Virus record (IMG/VR): IMGVR_UViG_3300010430_000004
Span: 64,001 to 128,000 of that record
Length of the DNA: 64,000 nt
Strand: one strand, 5' to 3'
Source: a virus
The notes under the pieces are model-generated. The model did not search any database. It worked only from the letters and a program-made list of their open reading frames with translations, and was not told where the DNA came from. The position numbers and the translations under genes were made by a program. Positions 1 to 11,098 of the stretch are shown here, one piece after another (positions within the stretch are counted from its first letter, which is position 1; each line of letters begins with the position of its first letter).

Positions 1-2223
1 ACTCCCTTTGCCATTAGAACCACTGCTACCTCACAAGGGGTTCTAGAAGAGCATAATGCTGTAAAATTTAAAATGATATCCATAGCAGGAACCACTGGAA
101 TTTGGCCTAATAGACCTAATATTTCAGCTCCAGCAAGGTCAGCCACAGTAGCCCAGACCCTATTGGCTAATACTTTTCAGAATCTTAGAAGATTGGGTGA
201 CTCTGTAAGGCGAATACAAAATATTGCAGGAGGCAACCACCCATCTGATTCTCCAGAATCTCCCAAACCTGAAGGGGCTCTTGCAGAGCAAACAGGATAT
301 TACCAACTAGAATTACTTGAAAAATTTCTAGAACAATATGCAGTGGCCAAAAAAGACCCAAGAAACAAGCACTGGAGATTGGTCCTAGATATGCCTAAGA
401 AAAATGAGGCTTATGTAGTTTCTCCGATTGTCGCTCTTTATGATAAAAATCACGAGAAGCCAGCAGAAAATTTTTATACTTTACAATTAAAGGCATGGAA
501 GAGAGTAAACTTAAAACAAAAAGTAGAATCAATAAATCCAAGTGCCACACCTATTACAGCCAATAGTCTACAAAGAATATACAATTCTATCAACGAAGCT
601 AGGACAATAGTAGGAATATCCCTCGATTTGGTAAAGGCTGTTCGTTCAGATTTTCAAAGACCTTTAAACGCCCTTAGACAAGCTGCTCTTTTTCTTAAAG
701 ATTCCGTAGGTTTAGCAACAGCTGCTGCTGATTTGCCACGACAAATTGTTCAAGATTTCAGCTCATCTATAAAGGATTCTTTAAATATTATAGAAGATGC
801 TGTAGAAGATCTTGGAAATTTATTACCTGATGGTGGATTCTCTGCATTGCAAACCAATACCCAGAACAATGAAGGTTTATCAGAAAACCAAGTAAGATCT
901 GGAGCATTAGGCGATGAAAGACAAAATTATATAGACAGTGATCCTGCTAATAATATTTTTAGAGATCCTGAAAGATATCACGAGTTTTTCAATAATCTTG
1001 ATTTGGGCCTTATGAACCTAAACCAGGATCAACAAGATATTATTGACCAAGAGATTGAAACTGTTAGAAATTTTAGAGTTGAAGATTTTAGAGAAATAAA
1101 AACAACCATTCAAGATCTAGCACAAGGTATATCTAACAGATATGGAGCAATACCAGAGGCTTATGCAGAGCTTTATGGACTTCCAGCACCAAGAGTCAGA
1201 GTTACAGAAATGACTATTGAAGAAAACGAGATTCTTGCTGCACTTTTTGAAGTTATTCAAGGGTTGGATTATTTAACGGCCAGTAAATTTCTAGATAAGC
1301 AAAACACTCAAAGTCCTCTAGAATATGTAGGAGGATTGGCAGATGAGTCTGGCATAGCCTTTGAATTGTCTAACAGCAAATATTTAGTACCTGTGCCTTT
1401 TAATAAGACTATTGAGCAAATTTCTCAAAGATATTTAAAAAATGCTAATAGGTGGATTGAAATTGCCACTTTAAATAATCTAAAAAGCCCCTATATTGAT
1501 GAAGAAGGCTTTACCAGAGACTTTCTATCAAACGGAGATGGAAGACAATTCAATATTGATTCTGATGATGAATTATATATAGGCCAAACTATCACACTAA
1601 GCAGTACTACTGTACCTAGATTTACTAGAAGAATACAAAATATTGAAAAAATTACAGATGGTAACTATTTAATAACTGTTGATGGTCTGGACAATCTTAC
1701 CCAACTTAAAATTGCTCAAAGTGCCAAAATGACAGCCTTTCTTCCTGGAACGGTAAATTCTCAAAATATGATTTACATACCTAGCGAAGAAACAGTAGAT
1801 GACCAAAACGAAACCTTTGCTATACCTTACCTTGAAGAAGACGAACTTTCGGGTCTTTCCAAGATTGATTGGTTGTTAACAGACTCTGGTGATTTGGCCC
1901 TAGATGCTACTGGTGATTTTAGGCTTGCTAATGGATTAACCAATATAATTCAAGCAATTAGGCAAAAACTGGTTACTAAAAAAGGTTCTCTTTTTGTTCA
2001 CCCTAACTATGGTTTAGGATTACAGCCAGGAGTGTCCCATGCAGACATTTTAGCTGGAGATATTTTTGATGACATGAGAGATATGATAGAACAAGACCCA
2101 AGGTTTTCTGGCATCGAAAGGCTTATTTTGGACATAAAAGGCCCAACCTTGGAAATAAAAGCAGAGATATCTTTAGCTGGCAATAGAGGGCTTTTGCCTA
2201 TCAGCTTTGAAGTACCAATATAA
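1..2223 (+). CDS. Baseplate fusion protein, 5'-truncated: tube-initiator/hub-like N-terminus, LysM/gpX-like motif and C-terminal gp25/gpW-like sheath initiator
   Basis: Frame is open from base 1 (TPFAIRTTATSQGVLEEHNAVKFKMISIAGTTG). KTIEQISQRYLKNANRWIEIATLNNLKSPYI is LysM/gpX-like. C-terminal DLALDATGDFRLANGLTNIIQAIRQKLVTKKGSLFVHPNYG...DPRF is gp25-like. Lies directly upstream of baseplate J. Confidence 0.7.
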   Translation, partial: TPFAIRTTATSQGVLEEHNAVKFKMISIAGTTGIWPNRPNISAPARSATVAQTLLANTFQNLRRLGDSVRRIQNIAGGNHPSDSPESPKPEGALAEQTGYYQLELLEKFLEQYAVAKKDPRNKHWRLVLDMPKKNEAYVVSPIVALYDKNHEKPAENFYTLQLKAWKRVNLKQKVESINPSATPITANSLQRIYNSINEARTIVGISLDLVKAVRSDFQRPLNALRQAALFLKDSVGLATAAADLPRQIVQDFSSSIKDSLNIIEDAVEDLGNLLPDGGFSALQTNTQNNEGLSENQVRSGALGDERQNYIDSDPANNIFRDPERYHEFFNNLDLGLMNLNQDQQDIIDQEIETVRNFRVEDFREIKTTIQDLAQGISNRYGAIPEAYAELYGLPAPRVRVTEMTIEENEILAALFEVIQGLDYLTASKFLDKQNTQSPLEYVGGLADESGIAFELSNSKYLVPVPFNKTIEQISQRYLKNANRWIEIATLNNLKSPYIDEEGFTRDFLSNGDGRQFNIDSDDELYIGQTITLSSTTVPRFTRRIQNIEKITDGNYLITVDGLDNLTQLKIAQSAKMTAFLPGTVNSQNMIYIPSEETVDDQNETFAIPYLEEDELSGLSKIDWLLTDSGDLALDATGDFRLANGLTNIIQAIRQKLVTKKGSLFVHPNYGLGLQPGVSHADILAGDIFDDMRDMIEQDPRFSGIERLILDIKGPTLEIKAEISLAGNRGLLPISFEVPI

Positions 2224-2236
2224 AAGGCACTTAAGA

Positions 2237-2244
2237 AATCTTTA
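2237..2244 (+). promoter_or_regulatory. Candidate late promoter box AATCTTTA upstream of baseplate J
   Basis: Same octamer recurs 23-36 nt upstream of several gene starts (see findings). Confidence 0.5.
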
Positions 2245-2267
2245 ATAGATAAAGGGAATTAGATTAA

Positions 2268-5200
2268 ATGGCAAAATCACCAGAAGTAAAATCTTTCGAA
2301 CAAATACTATCAGAGGCTCTAGCGTCTTATGAATCTAGACATGGTGCCAACGATAACAATATTGGTGGAGCTAAACTATCATTTTTAGAGTCTGTTGCCC
2401 AAATGGTATACAGAACTACAGGTGATACTTTTCAAATACTAAAAGATCGATCTGTTGACAGAGCTAAAGGCGAAGCCCTTAAGGATATTGCACTAGAAGA
2501 AAAAGTATCAATTTTATCAGCAACCCCAGCAACTGGACCAGTTACTATTATTGATACATCTTTTGATAAAATAGCTACAAAAATATATGCAGGATCTATT
2601 GCTCAAAATTTGCCTAATGTTGGCAAGCTTTTTGTTGAAGTTTCCGATGCTTCTCTGTTTCCTACTGCTGGTTCAATTTATATTGGCAGAGGGCTAAATA
2701 CAGTTGAAGGTCCTATTGCTTATAGTTCAACCACTCAAGTAGGTGGATATTGGAGAATCAACTTAGATGCTCCACTTACAAAGTACCACAATATCTCTGA
2801 GCCTGTAATCCTTTCCCAAGGTGGAACAAGAACAGTGCCAGCTGGTACTGTAGTGTCAGCCCCTGCTGTTGGTGCCTCTGACGATATACTTTTCTCAGTT
2901 ACAGAAAACGTTACTCTTCTTGATGGAGAAAACCAAATAACAAATGTTAAAGTTGTTTCACAAAAGACTGGTGTAAAGAATAATGTACCTAAAGGTGCTA
3001 TTACCTCTTTTCCTTCTGAGCCTTTTGCTGGAGCTTCCGTACTTAATGAAATTAAATTTGATACCGCTAGAAACACCGAAAGAGATGAATCTCTAAGAGC
3101 AAGAATTAAACAATCAAGACTTTCCAAAGGTCTTGGTACACCAATAGCCATTAAAAACGCTACTCGTGGAGCTAAAGCTACCGATGAGTCTGCTACCGTT
3201 ACCTCAAACGAAATGGTCACTGGTGATGTTGACAAAACTGTTTTATTCATTGACAATGGAGAAGCATACGAAGAGAAAAGCACAGGTGTTGGGCTTGAGA
3301 TAATCGTAGAATCAGCCCTGGGTGGAGAAGATAGTTTCCAACTTTCAACTGGTGGAAGGCAGACTCAAGTAGCTAAAGCATTTATTGAAACCACTCTTTC
3401 GTCTCCTTTTGCTATTAATGGTGGAGATGTACTAGCTGTATTAGTTGGTGGAGTTGCTTATGAACACGCTTTTAAGGCTACTGATTTTGTAAGTGAAGGC
3501 GCAGCAACGGCTTTTGAAGTTGTAGCTTCTATAAACGCTAATTCAGCTATTGAATTTCAAGGCACCACTTCTGAAGATGGAGAAAAAGTAGTTCTTCAAG
3601 CCAAGGAAGAAGATGATGAATATATTCAAATAACAACGCCATCAAACGTTATCGCTGGCAATGCTGGTGACACTATGGGTTTTCCGATTAATGAAATCGA
3701 AACCATTAGAATTTATAAAAACAACAAACCATTAAACAAAAATGGGCGTTCAGCTGTTTTAAGAACAGAAAACCAAATAGATTGGTCAAATGCCATTGCC
3801 AATGGTGATACTCTTGTTTTATCTATTGATGGAACTCCAGAGCAAACTTATACTTTTACTGATGCAGATTTTATAGCCGAAGGAAGTCACACTACTGCAT
3901 CATCGACCAATACCCTAGCTTCTTGGATTAGCGTCATCAATGACAAAGTAACAGGTATAACAGCTGAAGTAGATGGAACACAGATAAAAATCACGAGTAA
4001 TCTTGGTGCAAAAACAAGAGCGGCAATTTCAATTAACCCTACATCTACTCTTGTAACCAAAGGTATGTTTACTACTAACCAAGGTTTAATATCTCAGGGC
4101 CTTGAAGCTGATTTTAAAATTTCTAGAAATACTTCTCAATTAAAATTATTTACACCATTAGATCCTGGAGACAGACTAACTGCTGGTTCTAGTTTTACCA
4201 ATGGAAATGTAGAAAGCAATCCTATTCTAGGTGGAACCCTTTCTTTTCCTACAGATGCTAGTATTTGGGTTAATTTTGATGATCCAGATTCTGCTGTGAT
4301 TAAAACTGGTTTAATTGCTGGCACACAAATGAATGTTACAAAAGAAGCAGGAAATGTTTTACGTTTCGAATCAACTACAGCTGGTGTTTTTGCTAATGTT
4401 GAAGTTGGAGATTACGTTATAATTTGGTCTGAAGAATTTGCCGCGACTAACAGGGGCGAATTTGTTGTTACAGCTAAAACTTCTGATTACTTAGATTTTA
4501 AAGTTACTTCTCTTGAATATGCCCTTGCTGCCGTTGAAGCTCTTGTTTCTTATAGTGAAGGTATTGTTGTTTTAAGATCTAAAGAAGTGCCTCAAAAATT
4601 TACAATAAGTGCTGGTGTTAAAAATATCAATACCGTAGCTGAAGAATTAAACAACCAATTTACTATGGGCGAAGTGCTGGTAGACAATGATGAAATTTTA
4701 ATTTTTGTTACAAATACAAAAGGCTCGCAGGGCTCTGTTCATATAGTTACTTTTGATTCTGCTGGTAAAAATTTAAACTTTGTTGAGGATACTTTAGATG
4801 CTAGTATCATTTCACAAATTGCTAGTTATGACAATCAAACTCTAGAAGGTTCGTTTCCTTTGTTCATACATGGTAAATTTACTTCTGAAGATGCTGCTTA
4901 TCCACCAAATGACTATATTGATACCATTGATATTGACACAGATATTACTGCTCAAGATCCAAATAATTTGGTAAATATACTAAGTCCTTATAATACAATT
5001 AATGATGTTCTAGGCGAAGACGAGCACACACAAATTAAAACTCAAAGTGCAACTACACTTACTGTTGAGCAAAATGCTCTTATTAAAAGAATCAGAACAG
5101 AAGATAGATATGCAATATTGAGCCCACTTAATTTTGGTTTTGAAGACGAGGTTGTTGCTGTTCTTGATGAAGATGCTTCAAATAGATCCTTTAAGATCCC

Positions 5201-8200
5201 AATGACTAGAACTATAACTACAAATACTACTGCAACTTTAAGTTCTAATACATTTAATGCCTACGACACAGACAATGGACCTACCGCTTCTTTGGAAGAT
5301 AGCTTTGGATCTTTGTTTAATTTTTCTAACTATAAAGCCTTGATGCAAGCCAAAAATGTACTAGATCCATCTGGTGATGAAAACTCTATATTATATAAAT
5401 CAGTTATATGGGGTGCTGGTGGAGAAAAATATAAAATAGGTTACACTTATCCTACTGCTCCTAACGCTCCAATTTTAAGTACAGTTGTGGTTAGAGACGA
5501 AGTAGATATTAAAATTTCTATAAAATCAGGAAATTCAGTCACCACTTCTATTGATGGCACTACTGAGTGGAATGTATCTATAACACCAAATACCCCTGTA
5601 GCTGGTACTGACCAAGTCACATATACATATACTGGTACTGGTACTGCTCCAAATCTCGCACCTCTTACTGGTGGAGAATATGTTAATATAAAAGAAACTT
5701 CAGGATTTAATGTTTTAAATAAAGGCATATTCAGAGTTTCAGATGAAGTTGGTTTTACTCCAACTGCTACATCTTTTAGTATAGTCAGAGCAAATGGGGA
5801 AGCTATAGCAGAAACAGACGCACCTACTCTTGTAGCAGCTGCTATTGTTTTTTATCTGTCTGACACTACCACTGCTCTTGAAGTGAAAGACTATATTGAT
5901 GCTAACCTTTCAGACTATATAGCTGCTACACTATTAGACGATAACGGAACCTCTGGCGCTGGTGAAATAAACAGAAGCACATACGAAGAAAGTGGCTTTA
6001 CTTTTTCTGAAGTTTATTTACTCGATGGTGTTAACTGGGTCTTAATGAATGATCTTTCATCTTCTCCTCAGTTTACTTTTAAAAGAAATCTCAACTTTAT
6101 TTCTGGCGGAGGCTATGCCTTTAATGATGGAGAAGTTGTAAAATTAATACCTACTACTTTTAGCCAGCTAAATGAGTTTTTAAATACACTATCTGTAACA
6201 GGTTTCTCAACACTTGGAACTGTTAAGCTTACAAATAGAGACGAGGCCCTTGAGCTTGGAACCCAAGTACTCGGTTCAGCTGGTGCGATACAGATAATTG
6301 GTGGATCAGGAAATAAAGTTGTTTCTCCTGTAATCAATCAATCAGTAGAAATCGATAATCAATATATAAAAACTTCTCTAGGGGCAGCTGCTACTTCAGG
6401 TATTAACCCTGATCAGTGGGTCAAGCTTGTCGCTCTAGACAATCAAAACAAGATTACAAATTTCTCAAATGTAAATAGAATAAAAATAACCCCAAATACA
6501 CCAACAGCTAATAAATCACTTATCCAAATAAGCAACTCCCAAGATGGAGAAAGACATTTTGGTGCTCCAAGAAGATTCGTAAGAGATCGTGGAAGAACTT
6601 TTAAGGTTGAATTCCAAGGTAGTCTTGTTTGTATTAGCCATGACGGTATATCTGCCAGTCCAGCTTTTCAAAAAGAAGTAGAGCTAAACGATGCTGCTGG
6701 TGGAACTATTAGTGTATTTCGTGGAATAAACAGCAATCTAGCTACCTATGTTATTGAGAGTGGTCTGGCCACCTTTAAAGCAATGGATCATGGTGACTTC
6801 CTAACAGTTTCTGGTTTATCTGATTCAGAAAATAACGGCACTTTCAAAGTAATCCAAATATCTTCTGATGGCTTAACTGCCACTGTAAGAAACCCAGATG
6901 CTGTAAATAGTCTTCCAGATGCTACTATAACTATTACAAATAACGCTAATATAACCAGTGATACTTTTTCTGTCAATGGAACTTCTCTAGTAGAAGGTGT
7001 AGACTTTGCTGCTGGAGTTGATGATGAAGCTACTGCTGCAAATCTTGCAGCTGCTATAGCAGTTATTGTAGGGGTTACAGCTGTAGCTGATACAAATATA
7101 ATTACTGTTACTTCTGATACTCAAGGTGTAATAGTTCCTATTTCTTATACAGATAGTGGAAGTGGAGTTGCTGCTACAGTTTCTGATCCTCAACTTACTG
7201 GTGAAACTTTTGCAGATGCTAATCTAGTAGGAAATGCTGAAATTAGAGAAGGCGACACCGTTATTTTTGGTTCACCTTTTAATATTCTTAATCAGGGAAG
7301 ACATAGAGTTATCAGAACCTATAATGATTCTATTTATATAGAAAATGATAAAGCCGTTGAAGAAATGGTTGATATCGTAGACAATTTAATTTCAACTGGT
7401 GCTGATGCGACTACTGAATACGATGTTTTAAATAATAATGAATTTATGAGAATCCAATGGACTGGTACAGGCACAGAGCCTGATTTAGGCTTGCTTAAAG
7501 TTGGAGATATATTAACTATCGGTACTGATTTTAATGCAGCAAACCAAGGCGAATTTGCCATTGTAAAACCTAAATCTGCTCAATCAGAAATAACTAGAGT
7601 TACAACTGTCCCATCGACAGAAATAACTACAGGAACTCACTTTTTGCTAAATAATGCTGGTGATGTAATAGAATATTACGTTTGGTATAATAAAAATGGC
7701 GGCGGTGGAGACCCAGGTTTGGCCGGAAAAACTGGAGTCGAAGTTGCTATTACTCTTGTTGACACTGACGAAGAAATTGCCACTAAGACAAAAAATCTTT
7801 TGGATCCTCTTGGTGATTTTACTGTTGGGTTACAGTCAAACGTACTTACAATAACTACTGTTGGTAAAAACTTTACCACAAATTCAGCCGATGGTGATAT
7901 TGGTGGAAACTTTTTAGTTGAAACATTACAAGAAGGCAATGTTACCTATGTTGACTTAATTAATCCAGGGTTTGCCACTGAAACTGGAATCACTGTAAGT
8001 GATGTTTTTGAAACCCATCGCCCATCGTTTAAAGTTTACGAATACGAAGCTTCTGTTGAAAATGACGTATTCAGTATTGCTTCTGATTATTTCAATGAAA
8101 ATAACATTGGAACATGGACCATTGAAGAAGTTCTTGACCGTGATACTATAATTGTTTCTGGAAATATGACTGCTTTAGATGAAACACCACTGTTAAGCAA

Positions 8201-8828
8201 TGAAGAAGCTATTTTTGTAGAAGAAGGTGTTAAATATACTGGTTACAAATTCATACATACCATGGGTATCGATCCTGGAAATAGCACTTTAATGAATCTT
8301 ATATTTGACAGCCAAGATCAAGTAGAAAAAATAAACAATATTGGTGTTGTTTCGGCAAATACTATTAATAAACTTAATTTTGAAACAGCCATTAAAAATG
8401 GTCTAGATAGTTACAGATTTTCAACTGGTTTAATAGCAGAAACAAACAGAATAGTTTACGGTGATCCTAGAGATAACCAAACATATCCTGGAGTTGCTGC
8501 TGCTGGTGCTGAGATTTTCATTAATGGACCTCTTGTTAAAAAGATTCAAGTGTCAGTTGACATTAGAGTTAAAACAGGTATTCCATTTACTTCAATAGCA
8601 GAACAAGCTAGAAACGCTATTTCTGCTCTTGTAAACTCTAACGACATAGGAAAAGCTATTGCAATTTCGGATATAGTTGGTGTTGTTAGGCAAATACCTG
8701 GAGTGTTGTCTATAGCTATAAGTAGCCCACAGTATGACCCAGCTAATGATATCATTGCTGTTCAGCCTGCTGAGAAAACACTAATACTAGATGATATTAA
8801 TGATATCATTGTAAGCGAAATTGGATAA
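2268..8828 (+). CDS. Giant baseplate J-like wedge protein (2186 aa) with inserted beta-rich repeat domains
   Basis: N-terminal KSFEQILSEAL...DRAKGEALKDIA...ATPATGPVT and ERDESLRARI motifs; C-terminal IGKAIAISDIVGVVRQIPGVLSI typical of baseplate J/gp6. Confidence 0.85.
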   Translation: MAKSPEVKSFEQILSEALASYESRHGANDNNIGGAKLSFLESVAQMVYRTTGDTFQILKDRSVDRAKGEALKDIALEEKVSILSATPATGPVTIIDTSFDKIATKIYAGSIAQNLPNVGKLFVEVSDASLFPTAGSIYIGRGLNTVEGPIAYSSTTQVGGYWRINLDAPLTKYHNISEPVILSQGGTRTVPAGTVVSAPAVGASDDILFSVTENVTLLDGENQITNVKVVSQKTGVKNNVPKGAITSFPSEPFAGASVLNEIKFDTARNTERDESLRARIKQSRLSKGLGTPIAIKNATRGAKATDESATVTSNEMVTGDVDKTVLFIDNGEAYEEKSTGVGLEIIVESALGGEDSFQLSTGGRQTQVAKAFIETTLSSPFAINGGDVLAVLVGGVAYEHAFKATDFVSEGAATAFEVVASINANSAIEFQGTTSEDGEKVVLQAKEEDDEYIQITTPSNVIAGNAGDTMGFPINEIETIRIYKNNKPLNKNGRSAVLRTENQIDWSNAIANGDTLVLSIDGTPEQTYTFTDADFIAEGSHTTASSTNTLASWISVINDKVTGITAEVDGTQIKITSNLGAKTRAAISINPTSTLVTKGMFTTNQGLISQGLEADFKISRNTSQLKLFTPLDPGDRLTAGSSFTNGNVESNPILGGTLSFPTDASIWVNFDDPDSAVIKTGLIAGTQMNVTKEAGNVLRFESTTAGVFANVEVGDYVIIWSEEFAATNRGEFVVTAKTSDYLDFKVTSLEYALAAVEALVSYSEGIVVLRSKEVPQKFTISAGVKNINTVAEELNNQFTMGEVLVDNDEILIFVTNTKGSQGSVHIVTFDSAGKNLNFVEDTLDASIISQIASYDNQTLEGSFPLFIHGKFTSEDAAYPPNDYIDTIDIDTDITAQDPNNLVNILSPYNTINDVLGEDEHTQIKTQSATTLTVEQNALIKRIRTEDRYAILSPLNFGFEDEVVAVLDEDASNRSFKIPMTRTITTNTTATLSSNTFNAYDTDNGPTASLEDSFGSLFNFSNYKALMQAKNVLDPSGDENSILYKSVIWGAGGEKYKIGYTYPTAPNAPILSTVVVRDEVDIKISIKSGNSVTTSIDGTTEWNVSITPNTPVAGTDQVTYTYTGTGTAPNLAPLTGGEYVNIKETSGFNVLNKGIFRVSDEVGFTPTATSFSIVRANGEAIAETDAPTLVAAAIVFYLSDTTTALEVKDYIDANLSDYIAATLLDDNGTSGAGEINRSTYEESGFTFSEVYLLDGVNWVLMNDLSSSPQFTFKRNLNFISGGGYAFNDGEVVKLIPTTFSQLNEFLNTLSVTGFSTLGTVKLTNRDEALELGTQVLGSAGAIQIIGGSGNKVVSPVINQSVEIDNQYIKTSLGAAATSGINPDQWVKLVALDNQNKITNFSNVNRIKITPNTPTANKSLIQISNSQDGERHFGAPRRFVRDRGRTFKVEFQGSLVCISHDGISASPAFQKEVELNDAAGGTISVFRGINSNLATYVIESGLATFKAMDHGDFLTVSGLSDSENNGTFKVIQISSDGLTATVRNPDAVNSLPDATITITNNANITSDTFSVNGTSLVEGVDFAAGVDDEATAANLAAAIAVIVGVTAVADTNIITVTSDTQGVIVPISYTDSGSGVAATVSDPQLTGETFADANLVGNAEIREGDTVIFGSPFNILNQGRHRVIRTYNDSIYIENDKAVEEMVDIVDNLISTGADATTEYDVLNNNEFMRIQWTGTGTEPDLGLLKVGDILTIGTDFNAANQGEFAIVKPKSAQSEITRVTTVPSTEITTGTHFLLNNAGDVIEYYVWYNKNGGGGDPGLAGKTGVEVAITLVDTDEEIATKTKNLLDPLGDFTVGLQSNVLTITTVGKNFTTNSADGDIGGNFLVETLQEGNVTYVDLINPGFATETGITVSDVFETHRPSFKVYEYEASVENDVFSIASDYFNENNIGTWTIEEVLDRDTIIVSGNMTALDETPLLSNEEAIFVEEGVKYTGYKFIHTMGIDPGNSTLMNLIFDSQDQVEKINNIGVVSANTINKLNFETAIKNGLDSYRFSTGLIAETNRIVYGDPRDNQTYPGVAAAGAEIFINGPLVKKIQVSVDIRVKTGIPFTSIAEQARNAISALVNSNDIGKAIAISDIVGVVRQIPGVLSIAISSPQYDPANDIIAVQPAEKTLILDDINDIIVSEIG

Positions 8829-8830
8829 TA

Positions 8831-10495
8831 ATGGCGACCATTGAAGAAGAAATACAAAAAGAATACGAAAGGTTAAGAAAATATCTTAACCCTTCAATTA
8901 AGGGTCCAGAAGTGGATGCTATTCTTTATGGTGTTGCCGCCATGAGTCGTGGCCTTATACACAACGTAGAAGCTGTACACGATCAATTATATATAGTCTC
9001 TGCTACTGGGAAATATCTCGATCAAAGACTAGCAGATTATGGCCTAATTCGTCCAGGCTCAGTTGGTTTATCTGATGAAATTTTTAAAGAAATCGGAATC
9101 GAAGTAATCAACAGAAAACAAGTAAGAGATCTTATACATATATTATTAAGAACAATGTATGGAGAAGAATTTACAAATGCTACTATTAGGGCAAATACTC
9201 TTGAACCTTACAATTTAAATGATGGTGATGATCTTATTCTTTCAATAGATGATAGTGATCCTATTATTGTAAAGTTTACCACTGATCAATTTTCAAATAT
9301 AAATGCTGCTACTGCTCAAGAAGTTGCTGATGCAATAACCAAAGAGATTAGAAAGCAAGGACTAACAGGTTCTGGTGTAGCAAAAGACGATGGCCTTGGT
9401 GGGTATGTAATTTTATTTTCAGACACTTCAGGTCCATCATCTACTATAAAAGTTCTTGGTGGACGTTCACAAAACGAATTTAAATTTGATCAAATCAGAC
9501 CTACCAGTGGAGATGCTTCCACTCAATGGACCATTGAACAACAGCCTTCTGGTACAACTCGTGCTACGTGGACTGCTGGTGCCAATCCAAATATAGGAAA
9601 AGTTAAAGTTGGAGACTATGCTAATATTTTTGGTTCAGCCTTTGACGATAACAATAAAGGTACTTTTAATATACTAGAAGTCAAGGGTGGAACTGTTGGA
9701 AATGCCTATGTAGAGTATGATAATCCATTAGGCATAAATGAAATTCAATTACAAGGTACACCGGATGGGTTTTTGTTTTTTAATCCTGAACGCAAAACAT
9801 TAAATAGCAAATTACGCTTTGCTGCTGCTTATCAGTCAGAAAGTAGGTTACTTGAGGTGTTCTTACCAGCAGTAACAAAAGTTGTTAGAAGAGACAGAGA
9901 AGGCGCTTCACATCTACATGACCCGACCGCTGCAGGATATGTACCTAACGATGGTACTTTCCCAGGTCCTTATCTTTTTGATCTTAGCAAGAACTATGTT
10001 ATTGGTGATGTAGCAACTACAAACGATGATGAACTTAATAATGGTTCTAATAATGTTTTTCAAGTAGCAGACTCTTCACAATTTCCAGATGAACAAGGAA
10101 GCTTAGTTTTTGGTTTTGGAACTTCGCATGAAGAGGGTCCAGTCCCTTATATTGCTAGACCTTCAAATAATTCACTTATGATTAGCCCTGCTTACAAATT
10201 CAAAAAAGTACACCCAGCTGGAACAGATGTTTCTTTTATTATTCAAAATAGCCCATATATTCCAGCTAAAGACGGCACGGATTATCCTTTTTATATTACA
10301 GACAGTATATCAGGCAGATTATATGCTGAAGAATTGATTAAAACAGTAGCTGCCACTGGTATTCGCTTAGTTATTACTATACTTTACCCCAATGATATTG
10401 GGCTTGGTAAACATGGCACTCCTTTTTCTGAAAAAACAGAAGTATGGGGTGACGATGGTTGGGCAAAACCTTTTCAAATAAATGAGGATGAGTAA
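8831..10495 (+). CDS. Baseplate wedge partner (gpI/gp7-like)
   Basis: QLYIVSATGKYLDQRLADYGLIRP...SDEIFK N-terminus and IKTVAATGIRL C-terminus; follows J. Confidence 0.7.
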   Translation: MATIEEEIQKEYERLRKYLNPSIKGPEVDAILYGVAAMSRGLIHNVEAVHDQLYIVSATGKYLDQRLADYGLIRPGSVGLSDEIFKEIGIEVINRKQVRDLIHILLRTMYGEEFTNATIRANTLEPYNLNDGDDLILSIDDSDPIIVKFTTDQFSNINAATAQEVADAITKEIRKQGLTGSGVAKDDGLGGYVILFSDTSGPSSTIKVLGGRSQNEFKFDQIRPTSGDASTQWTIEQQPSGTTRATWTAGANPNIGKVKVGDYANIFGSAFDDNNKGTFNILEVKGGTVGNAYVEYDNPLGINEIQLQGTPDGFLFFNPERKTLNSKLRFAAAYQSESRLLEVFLPAVTKVVRRDREGASHLHDPTAAGYVPNDGTFPGPYLFDLSKNYVIGDVATTNDDELNNGSNNVFQVADSSQFPDEQGSLVFGFGTSHEEGPVPYIARPSNNSLMISPAYKFKKVHPAGTDVSFIIQNSPYIPAKDGTDYPFYITDSISGRLYAEELIKTVAATGIRLVITILYPNDIGLGKHGTPFSEKTEVWGDDGWAKPFQINEDE

Positions 10496-10923
10496 TGTCA
10501 CAATCCATAGTAGTAAAAGGAGCAGATGTAAAAGTCTATATGAATGGCGAAGTTGTACCAGAGGTTCAAAAAATTAGCTATGCTATAAACTATGGCGAGC
10601 AAGAAATATATGGAATAGATCAAGTATTCCCTCAAGAAATTGCTGTAACAAAAGTGTCAGTAGCTGGATCTATATCGGGATTTAAAACAAAATATTCCGG
10701 TGGACTTCAAGCAAAGGCCCTACGACCATTGATATTTGATGTACTAAACGCACCATACATCAGCTTAAGAGTGGTGGATAGATCTACTGGTGAAGATATC
10801 ATTTATATTCCTAGCATTAAAGTTTCAGATGAGACTATGGGTGCTGCTGCTAAGGGAATAGTAAATCTTAGTTTTAAATTTAAAGGTATTATGCCTTTTA
10901 ATCCTCTTGACCGAAATTCTTAG
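10495..10923 (+). CDS. Tail-tube-like structural protein
   Basis: 142 aa; GADVKVYMNG...EIYGIDQVFPQEI...VSVAGSISGF pattern of tube-fold proteins; baseplate context. Confidence 0.55.
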   Translation: MSQSIVVKGADVKVYMNGEVVPEVQKISYAINYGEQEIYGIDQVFPQEIAVTKVSVAGSISGFKTKYSGGLQAKALRPLIFDVLNAPYISLRVVDRSTGEDIIYIPSIKVSDETMGAAAKGIVNLSFKFKGIMPFNPLDRNS

Positions 10924-11098
10924 AAATTTTTCTAATACACCAAGCACAAATCGCTGAATAAGAAACACCTATGCTGGCTGTCCAGAATATACCAAACGTA
11001 GGTGTAAATTCAACCATTAATGGAATTATAAAAATTAAAGAAATAAAGAAAAGTCTATCTAGCCAATTAAGCTTATTCTGGCTCATCGCTAGAGCCAC
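10898..11098 (-). CDS. Small two-TM membrane protein
   Basis: Two hydrophobic stretches; overlaps upstream minus-strand gene. Confidence 0.5.
   Translation of the reverse strand: MALAMSQNKLNWLDRLFFISLIFIIPLMVEFTPTFGIFWTASIGVSYSAICAWCIRKISKNFGQED

Noticed and set aside
2735-8755. Minus-strand ORFs inside baseplate J, and similar ones inside fibre, Rad50 and nrdA genes
   Set aside because: Shadow frames of strongly supported + strand genes; no RBS or motifs
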